From: a bacterium
GTDB taxonomy: Bacteria > RBG-13-61-14 > DATKZS01
Length of the DNA: 13,004 nt
Assembly: GCA_046484135.1 (NCBI GenBank)
Contig: JAWOBU010000079.1
Location: forward strand, 1-13,004
Direction: 5' to 3'
Position numbers and translations under genes: made by a program
The notes under the pieces: model-generated
The model's database searches: none
What the model saw: the letters and a program-made list of their open reading frames with translations, nothing else
What the model was told of the DNA's origin: nothing
Shown here: piece after piece, positions 1 through 5,946 of the stretch
Numbering within the stretch: position 1 is the stretch's first letter
Layout of the letters: each line of letters begins with the position of its first letter

Positions 1-125
1 GCGTGATGTGTCAGATGACCTTTGCCAACATGGCGACTTTATTGTTGGAGATTGTCGGCACTCGCAGAACGGAGAGGAAGGAGGTTGCTGAACAGCTTAA
101 GCTTGATTTTGCTTTTGGCGCGTAG
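1..125 (+). CDS. 3' end of a CDS truncated by the window edge; possibly an IS transposase C-terminus
   Basis: Frame from base 3 reads VMCQMTFANMATLLLEIVGTRRTERKEVAEQLKLDFAFGA and stops at TAG 123-125. The terminal QLKLDF resembles the QLxLF beta-clamp-binding motif found at many transposase C-termini. Only 40 aa are visible. Confidence 0.4.
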   Translation, partial: VMCQMTFANMATLLLEIVGTRRTERKEVAEQLKLDFAFGA

Positions 126-134
126 TTGATTGAT

Positions 135-153
135 CAGCCGCGTCCGGCTGTTT
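135..153 (+). terminator. Short hairpin after the partial CDS; weak terminator candidate
   Basis: CAGCCG-CGTC-CGGCTG forms a perfect 6-bp stem followed by TTT, starting 9 nt after the stop at 125. Confidence 0.3.
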
Positions 154-300
154 GGAGGGATTTTTTTGGCGAAGCGGTGAACAAACCAGAGCGCACTGCA
201 AGAGTATCGGCTAAAACGCAATACCCTTTGCAAATCGCTAATAAACCAAGCGCCGCTCTCGTTAAAAAATACAACCTCTAACCACCGACACGGTTCATAA

Positions 301-317
301 GCCTCTCACAGAGAGGC
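301..317 (-). terminator. Hairpin downstream of the small ORF 352-459
   Basis: GCCTCTC-ACA-GAGAGGC forms a perfect 7-bp stem about 35 nt after the stop. The U-tract is poor (TTATG on the minus strand). Confidence 0.3.
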
Positions 318-351
318 AGCTTGAAGTTTATTCGGCAGCAATAGGGTATTT

Positions 352-459
352 TTAAACAGGCTTTTGTACAGTGTAGAAAAACTCGATAGCTTTACCTGCA
401 TAGGCTGTAACAGCAAAGTTTACCAACACGAGAAAAAAGCATAATGGGAAAACTCTCAT
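352..459 (-). CDS. Small 35-aa hydrophobic or signal-peptide protein (not in the ORF track)
   Basis: Translates MRVFPLCFFLVLVNFAVTAYAGKAIEFFYTVQKPV*. AGGAGGT Shine-Dalgarno at 467-473 lies 7 nt before the ATG. Basic residue, hydrophobic core and A-Y-A motif resemble a Sec signal peptide. Confidence 0.55.
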   Translation of the reverse strand: MRVFPLCFFLVLVNFAVTAYAGKAIEFFYTVQKPV

Positions 460-497
460 GGTCATTACCTCCTAGAAATGGTTTGGAATTGTTTTTC

Positions 498-525
498 ATA
501 ATACCTGATTTGGATACGAGATCAA
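498..525 (-). promoter_or_regulatory. Putative sigma70 promoter for the small ORF
   Basis: Minus strand TTGATC (520-525), 16-nt spacer, TATTAT (498-503), just upstream of the AGGAGGT RBS. Confidence 0.4.
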
Positions 526-534
526 TGATGCCAA

Positions 535-723
535 ATGAGTGACATCAGTAAAGAGGAAATTTCAGAACCGCACGCACCGGCCCACGCCCAGGGCGGAGTC
601 GAACCCGCCTCGGATCATCCCCCGGCAGTCCTGGCTGAGGTATGCTCCCAGATCCAGCTCGAGGCCCTTGCCTTTGAACAGCTCATTGGCGATGCCGAGG
701 CCTCCGAGAGCAATGGTGTTTAA
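535..723 (+). CDS. Hypothetical acidic 62-aa protein
   Basis: Fills an otherwise empty gap and has GC-rich third positions in its 3' half. A weak hairpin plus T-run follows at ~731-767. No clear RBS or motif. Confidence 0.3.
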   Translation: MSDISKEEISEPHAPAHAQGGVEPASDHPPAVLAEVCSQIQLEALAFEQLIGDAEASESNGV

Positions 724-820
724 GGCGGCCCTGGCTGTGTGCCTTCCCCCCCCTTAGCCGGTTTTTTGCATCGTTCTATGTCAACAATATTGTGAGCTCT
801 TTGAAAAACAAGAGGCTCTT

Positions 821-1642
821 TCAGTGCCCGGTTTTTTGCCCGGTTTTTTTCGGGGGCTTATAGATAAGCTCGCCGGTTTCGCAGACCTCCATTCCCAGGA
901 AGCCTCTTTTTCTTTCGGCGTGGGGAGTGCAGTACATCCGGATTTTGGTCCCTTTGAGCCGGGGCAGGAGCGGCCCCTGGTGGAGGCACTGCATGGTTCG
1001 GGGGGACGGGCTTCTTTCGGGATGGGGTTTTGCGTGGCAATAGTCGCAGTCTTTCTGTTGTTCATCGTGGCATCCAGATGACAGGCAACTGTCCATCTTG
1101 AAGAGGTCTTTGGTTTTTATGTCGAGTGTGCCTTTACCTGTACAGTGGCAGTACCAGCAGTCGCGGGGCGGGGAATGGGCTCCGTGCCGGAAGATGTCCC
1201 TGCTCACGTTGGTTACGCGGGGGTTTCCGGTTACGTCCTTGCCGGGCTCATGACAGCTTCTGCATTCCTGGTAGTCCATCTCGATTGTGGCGAGACCGCC
1301 GTTGTTGTGGCCGGGATGGCACTGATGGCATTTTACGGCTTCGGTGCTGTGGATTGTGTTTTTCATCTCGGGGTGGCAGTCGCTGTTCGTGCAGGCCCGG
1401 TTGGGCACTCCCTGGAAGGGATCGTGGCAGGCGGTGCAGTCGTTTTTAAGCTCCCGGTGGGGGGCGGAGAGCTCTCTTCCGGTGAACACGGTCTTGTCGT
1501 CCTGGTACAGGTAGTATGATCCCCAGGCCCCCAGGGCCACGGTTAGAAGCAGGATCAGCCAGACCGAGTCCACTATGCGGACGGGCCAGGGCTCCTTGAT
1601 CTTCACTTGTCCTTCCGGACCGGTAAAGGTGTACCTTTTCAT
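821..1642 (-). CDS. Membrane-anchored multiheme cytochrome c with 7 heme motifs (cytochrome c3/c7-like), 273 aa
   Basis: Start reassigned to ATG 1642 (MKRYTFTG...), 2 nt after the upstream stop. One N-terminal TM helix (VWLILLLTVALGAWGSYYLY). Motifs CTACH, CHQCH, CRSCH, CWYCH, CDYCH plus CX4CH motifs CTNSDCH and CLSSGCH. Spare His residues include FRHGAH. Confidence 0.9.
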   Translation of the reverse strand: MKRYTFTGPEGQVKIKEPWPVRIVDSVWLILLLTVALGAWGSYYLYQDDKTVFTGRELSAPHRELKNDCTACHDPFQGVPNRACTNSDCHPEMKNTIHSTEAVKCHQCHPGHNNGGLATIEMDYQECRSCHEPGKDVTGNPRVTNVSRDIFRHGAHSPPRDCWYCHCTGKGTLDIKTKDLFKMDSCLSSGCHDEQQKDCDYCHAKPHPERSPSPRTMQCLHQGPLLPRLKGTKIRMYCTPHAERKRGFLGMEVCETGELIYKPPKKTGQKTGH

Positions 1643-1644
1643 GA

Positions 1645-2469
1645 TCAGACCCCGTACCATAAAACGGAAATGATATGCACGGCGCTGAAGACCAGAAGCC
1701 CGAGGGTGGAAGGCAGGTGCAGGATGAGCCATCCTCTTACGAACCACCGGAACCGCATGTTCATTCCCAGAAGCACCAGAAGGTCGTGGGCGGTCTCGAT
1801 CTTGACCGCCAGGTCCACGAAGTCCTCCCGGTCTTGCTCCTTGATTCTCTCCTCCCAGGGACTGACGTCGGGTGCGGGAAGCTTTTTCCCCAGCCGGGCG
1901 GTGTAAAGCGGCACCACCAGCTCGTGGTACAGCTCGGTCCAGACCGCGCCTTTCTGCAGGCACAGCTCCCGGATTTCTTCATGCACCCGCGAGAGCCGCT
2001 CGCACAGGTCGTCGGGTATAAGCACCGCGGCCTCGTTCCGGGCCTGGGCCCGCGGGAGGTAGTTAAACAGGAACATGCCGATAACGCCGGTAAATACGGT
2101 AAGCGCCAGGAACAGGAGCGCCAGCGCGGCCACCGTATTGCCGAGGTTGAACCCGGAATGTCCCACGATAAGATACAGGCTCAAGGTCCCGATGACTACG
2201 TGAGCGTAGAGCCACTGGTGGAGGGAAAACAAGGCCAGCCTGGGCTTGTCCTTCCTTACCAGGTACAGAACGCTTATGATGATGCCGGCAAAGCCCAGCG
2301 CGCCCAGGGTGAGGCCGCGGTGGTCTCCGCCCCTGCATTCGCCCGGGCTGAAGCAGGGAGCCATGGCATAGACCGCGGCCGCGGCCCCTCCCACAAGCGC
2401 GGCCATCCACACAACGCGATGGAGCTCTCCGGAAAGCCGCCGGCCCTTGTTATTTGCGCTGTTACTCAT
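1645..2469 (-). CDS. Polytopic membrane protein with four TM histidines; putative diheme cytochrome b (ferric-reductase-like)
   Basis: About 5 hydrophobic helices. Two His pairs: WLYAHVVIG...VGHSGF and WLILHLPST...AVHIISV. A ~100-aa charged helical loop precedes the last TM. The start overlaps the upstream stop (ATGAGTAA). Confidence 0.75.
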   Translation of the reverse strand: MSNSANNKGRRLSGELHRVVWMAALVGGAAAAVYAMAPCFSPGECRGGDHRGLTLGALGFAGIIISVLYLVRKDKPRLALFSLHQWLYAHVVIGTLSLYLIVGHSGFNLGNTVAALALLFLALTVFTGVIGMFLFNYLPRAQARNEAAVLIPDDLCERLSRVHEEIRELCLQKGAVWTELYHELVVPLYTARLGKKLPAPDVSPWEERIKEQDREDFVDLAVKIETAHDLLVLLGMNMRFRWFVRGWLILHLPSTLGLLVFSAVHIISVLWYGV

Positions 2470-3877
2470 AGGCCTTGATCAGCTCCTCGGGCGTCATCAC
2501 GGTCATGGCGCCGGTGGGGCAGTTATACACGCAGGCCATGTGCCGGTAGTCTGCGCACATGTCGCATTTTACCACCTGTTTTCTTTTTTCCGGCTCTTCC
2601 TCTTCTCCCCGGCGGAAGAGCCTCTTTAAAAGGCCGGGCTTTTCCTCTTCCGGTTCCACTATCAGGATGTTGCCGTAGGGGCAGCGGCGGGCGCATCCTC
2701 CGCATCCTATGCAGAACTCGGTGAAATGTATCTCTCCGTCCTTGTCCCGGACGATGCCTCCGCGGGGACAGAGCAGACACTGTGGGTTCTCACAGTGGAA
2801 GCAGGAGGTGGGAACAAGAAATTTTCCGAGCCTGGAGCCGCGTCTTTCAATGCGGGCATTGCCGCGGACGGCCTCGCACGCCCGGACGCAGTGGTCGCAT
2901 CCCACGCATTTATCGAGGTCCACCACCAGTATCTCCCGGGCCTGGGCCAGGCCTTTCTGGACAATGAACTTTATGGCCCGGGCCAGCCGCGGGTCTTTCC
3001 GGACCTCTTCGGAGCTCTTCTCCCGCTCGGCAACCGTGCTTCGGGCCTGCTCTTCCACTTCCGGGTATTGGTCCATGAGCTCCTGGAAATCGTCCTTTCC
3101 GATGCGGACGGCTTCTACGTCGGTCATGGCCACTACATTGGCCGTTCTTTTTTCCTCCCCGAGCAGGGCCATCTCACCGAAGTAGCTTCCTTCCCGGAGG
3201 TAGGTAAGTATCTTCTCGTCCTCCAACGGGCCCGCGCTTACCTTGACGAAACCTCCCCGGATCAGGTACAGACAATCGCCTATATCTCCCTGTCGGATTA
3301 TGACCTCGTCCTTGTCAAAGCTTACAAGCTCCACCCGTTCGGCGAGCTTGTCGAGCACCTCCCCGGACAGGGAAGAGAACAGGCTCACTTGTCGAAGGTG
3401 GGTTTGAAGGGACCTTTCAATGTACTTCTGGTCTATCTTGCTTTTGATGGCGGGAGACGACCGGAGCACCTTTAAGAACAAGGTTTTGGGAAGCTGGAGC
3501 ACCACCGTCTTCTGAAGGGCGGTAATGGTGGCGGTGCGGGGATGTCCGGATATGGGCCCCATCTCGCCGAAGAAGTCGCCCTGGCCCAGCGTTCCCAGCA
3601 CCATCCGTTTTCCGTACTGGGTCAGGGATGAGACCTCGACCTCGCCTGCCAGGATCACGTAAAAGGTGTCCTCGTAGTCGCCCTGCCGGCAGATTTCCTG
3701 GCCGGGCAGGAACTGGAGCAACAGGGCCTGCTCAACCACCTTGGAGACGACCTCCTGGCTGAGCCCCTCGAAAAAGGGGATTTTATCAAGGAGCTTTTCC
3801 GGCTGGATGTCCTGGAAGAAGGGTATCTGGGCAAGCTCTTCTGCAAGCTGGGCTATAGTCTTGTTGCCTACTTCCAC
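2462..3877 (-). CDS. Tandem cNMP-binding domain protein fused to a 4x[4Fe-4S] DmsB/NrfC-like ferredoxin module
   Basis: Two phosphate-binding cassettes, FFGEMGPISGHPRTATITA and YFGEMALLGEEKRTANVVA. Sixteen Cys in four groups: CVGCDHCVRAC, CFHCENPQCLLCP, CIGCGGCARRCP, CDMC...CVYNCP. GTG start with GGAG 9 nt upstream. No signal peptide, TM helix or HTH. Confidence 0.92.
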   Translation of the reverse strand: MEVGNKTIAQLAEELAQIPFFQDIQPEKLLDKIPFFEGLSQEVVSKVVEQALLLQFLPGQEICRQGDYEDTFYVILAGEVEVSSLTQYGKRMVLGTLGQGDFFGEMGPISGHPRTATITALQKTVVLQLPKTLFLKVLRSSPAIKSKIDQKYIERSLQTHLRQVSLFSSLSGEVLDKLAERVELVSFDKDEVIIRQGDIGDCLYLIRGGFVKVSAGPLEDEKILTYLREGSYFGEMALLGEEKRTANVVAMTDVEAVRIGKDDFQELMDQYPEVEEQARSTVAEREKSSEEVRKDPRLARAIKFIVQKGLAQAREILVVDLDKCVGCDHCVRACEAVRGNARIERRGSRLGKFLVPTSCFHCENPQCLLCPRGGIVRDKDGEIHFTEFCIGCGGCARRCPYGNILIVEPEEEKPGLLKRLFRRGEEEEPEKRKQVVKCDMCADYRHMACVYNCPTGAMTVMTPEELIKAYE

Positions 3878-3924
3878 GCAAGCGATCTCCGTCCGTCATC
3901 GTTTGCCGGGCGACTGATACGCAG

Positions 3925-3954
3925 AAACGGGCCTGCCCTCTCGCAGGCCCGTTT
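3925..3954 (-). terminator. Strong intergenic hairpin (terminator, attenuator or mRNA-stabilising stem)
   Basis: Perfect 12-bp stem AAACGGGCCTGC / GCAGGCCCGTTT with a 6-nt loop, 23 nt after the cytochrome stop. The U-tract is short (TTTCTG). Confidence 0.65.
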
Positions 3955-3977
3955 GCCGCCTCGGTCCCATGCGAGGT

Positions 3978-4850
3978 TTACCAGGGGTTTTCTATCTTCA
4001 CAACTTTGGCGTGGCAGGCGTAACAGGTGTCCACCACTACCTTGGGCGGCGGCAGGGGCTTGCCCTTCTTCCAGTACTTGTTCTCGAGCTTCTTTATCAT
4101 GTCCTCGTTGTACTGATTGAGCTCTTTGTAGGCGTTCATGAAGAGCTCCTTGTCAATGGGCTGCCCGTCCTGGTTCTTCTCCGGGATGTTTTCCGGTATC
4201 TTCTCCAGGTAGGGCCGGAGCACGATAAAGCAGTACTTGGCCCGGTCGTAAGGCTTCTCCTTGCCGGTGGACTCGCCTTTCATGAACTGGACGCCGGCCT
4301 GCCGGTACATCTCGTAGATCTCGTGCATGTAGTGGGTCAGCTTTTTAAAGGCAGTGTCAATGCGGAAGTCGGTGGGGATATTGTAAGAGTCGTGGCATCC
4401 CACGCAGCTCTGGAGCACCGGGTCCTTTTCGCCTTCCGGCACGTCCGCCCACTTTTCGTCCTTCAGGTTCTCGCGAATGTCCTTGGAGTACTCCTCCAGC
4501 TTGTCCATGCTCTGCCGGTACTCCTTTTTATTAAAAGGCCGGCCGTCAGCCAGCTTGTCCGGAAGCTTGTCCTTGCTGACATCCAGGAAAATCTCCATCA
4601 CCACCAGATTCGCCTTGGCCTGTTTTATGTTTCCCTCTTCAAAAGCCTTTTTAGCGTCGGTGTAGCGGTACCATACCTCGTGCATGTAGTAAGTCAACCA
4701 GCCGTAGTTGTTCACCGGGTACAATGTCTGTTCCGGCTGTCCTTCCTCCTGCGCCCCGGTAGAGGCGGGGCCCGACATCCAAACCGCGAGCCCGCTTACA
4801 ACCAGTACAAAAACCACCAGGACCTTCATCCATTTTTGCCTTGCCGACAT
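3978..4850 (-). CDS. Exported diheme cytochrome c with two tandem helical (class II / c'-c556-like) domains; paralog A
   Basis: N-terminal signal peptide. CVGCH and CYACH each end a repeated ~130-aa unit that begins LT(Y/H)YMHE. GGGAGG RBS at ~4858-4863. Confidence 0.85.
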   Translation of the reverse strand: MSARQKWMKVLVVFVLVVSGLAVWMSGPASTGAQEEGQPEQTLYPVNNYGWLTYYMHEVWYRYTDAKKAFEEGNIKQAKANLVVMEIFLDVSKDKLPDKLADGRPFNKKEYRQSMDKLEEYSKDIRENLKDEKWADVPEGEKDPVLQSCVGCHDSYNIPTDFRIDTAFKKLTHYMHEIYEMYRQAGVQFMKGESTGKEKPYDRAKYCFIVLRPYLEKIPENIPEKNQDGQPIDKELFMNAYKELNQYNEDMIKKLENKYWKKGKPLPPPKVVVDTCYACHAKVVKIENPW

Positions 4851-4929
4851 CTTTTGTCCTCCCTTCTGCAGTCAGGGCTTTTTCGGCCCCGAGTTGACAG
4901 GTCTGTTTTCCTTCGTGTCTTAAACCTTA

Positions 4930-4959
4930 ATTGTAGATTCAGCCAAAGCGCCATGTCAA
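4930..4959 (-). promoter_or_regulatory. Near-consensus sigma70 promoter upstream of paralog A
   Basis: Minus strand TTGACA (4954-4959), 18-nt spacer, TACAAT (4930-4935). An AT-rich UP-like tract lies at 4970-4980. Confidence 0.7.
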
Positions 4960-4996
4960 CAGGTTCCCCATATTTTTATTGTGCTTGGTCTTCGGC

Positions 4997-5929
4997 CTAC
5001 GGCCAGGGGGGCGGTATGTCGAGCGTCTTTGCATGGCAGGCGTAGCAGGACCGTTTGAGTGATGCAGGCGGCGGCGAGAAGTCCTTTAATCTCTTTTCCC
5101 GGTCTTCGATCTGCTGGAGGGCCTTCCGGTTATACCTTCGCAGCTTGCCATAGGTTTGTTTGAATGTCTCCGGCTCGATGGGTTCTCCGTCCTGGTTCCT
5201 CTCCGGCACATTGGCCGGCATGGCGTTTATGTAAGGCATGACCGCCCGGTAGCAGGCCCGAAGGTTCCGGCGGCACGCGGGCGCGGACTGCTTTTCGCAC
5301 TTGTCGAGGATTTTCCCGGCCAGGCGGTAGAGCTCGTAGATTTCATGAATTATGCGGGGCATCTTGTTAAAGGTGGTCCCCAGCTCGAAAGTGGTGGGTA
5401 TATCGTAGGCGCTGTGGCATCCCACGCAGGACTGGAGCACCGGGTCCAGCTTGCCCGCCGGCGCTTCCTTCCAGACCCCTCTTTCGATGTTGCCCCTTAT
5501 TTTGGCGGAGTGCCGTTTCATCTCGTCTATGGATTCCACGTATTTTTCTTTGTCAAAGCTCTTTTGGTTTTGCAGGGTGTCGGGAAGCGTGTGCTTGCTT
5601 TTTTCAGCGTAGACCTCCATCAACCTGAGGTTTGCGCGGGCCAGGTCCGTCTCCCCGTTGTCGAAGGCGCGTCTTGCCTGGACGTATCTTTCGTACAGTT
5701 GGTGCATGTAATGGGTGAGCCACTGGTAGTCGTTCTCCGGGAAGAGGCTTGCCGTCTTTCGGACGCTGTCTCCGAATCCCGGCTCCGGTCTGCTGTCGGC
5801 TTCCGCTTTCTTTCCGGCTTCTTTCTTGTCTTCATCCGCCTTTTGGGGCGCGCTCATAATAAACAGAGGCGCCGCGGGCAAAACCGTCATGATAAGAAAG
5901 AGCGCGGCCTTTTTCCATCCCCTTTTCAT
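4997..5929 (-). CDS. Exported diheme cytochrome c; paralog B, 310 aa
   Basis: Start reassigned to ATG 5929 (MKRGWKKAALFLIM...), with GGAG 8 nt upstream. CVGCH and CYACH. Colinear with 3978-4850 (WLTHYMH, DPVLQSCVGCH, NQDG, CYACHAK). Confidence 0.85.
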   Translation of the reverse strand: MKRGWKKAALFLIMTVLPAAPLFIMSAPQKADEDKKEAGKKAEADSRPEPGFGDSVRKTASLFPENDYQWLTHYMHQLYERYVQARRAFDNGETDLARANLRLMEVYAEKSKHTLPDTLQNQKSFDKEKYVESIDEMKRHSAKIRGNIERGVWKEAPAGKLDPVLQSCVGCHSAYDIPTTFELGTTFNKMPRIIHEIYELYRLAGKILDKCEKQSAPACRRNLRACYRAVMPYINAMPANVPERNQDGEPIEPETFKQTYGKLRRYNRKALQQIEDREKRLKDFSPPPASLKRSCYACHAKTLDIPPPWP

Positions 5930-5946
5930 GTCGCTGACTCCGGCTT

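Noticed and set aside
39..233. 64-aa minus-strand ORF
   Set aside because: It has no clear RBS or motif and overlaps the more protein-like plus-strand partial CDS.
778..806. Minus-strand TTGACA (779-784) and TGTGA-N6-TGAAA as a promoter or CRP site
   Set aside because: There is no -10 box at the proper spacing, the CRP right half-site is poor, and the site lies downstream of the operon.
1643..1963. N-terminal extension of the 380-aa ORF 821-1963
   Set aside because: It overlaps the membrane-protein gene in another frame and is Arg/Gly/Pro-rich noise. ATG 1642 fits translational coupling.
3900..3960. GGCAAAC plus hairpin resembling a c-di-GMP-I (GEMM) riboswitch
   Set aside because: It lacks the GACGCAAA junction and the second stem. 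A simple hairpin explains it; an Rfam/Infernal scan would settle this.
4392..5447. 34-bp near-identical repeat (4392-4425 vs 5414-5447, 32/34)
   Set aside because: It encodes the conserved DPVLQSCVGCH in both paralogs. Protein conservation and codon bias explain it, so it is not a separate repeat element.
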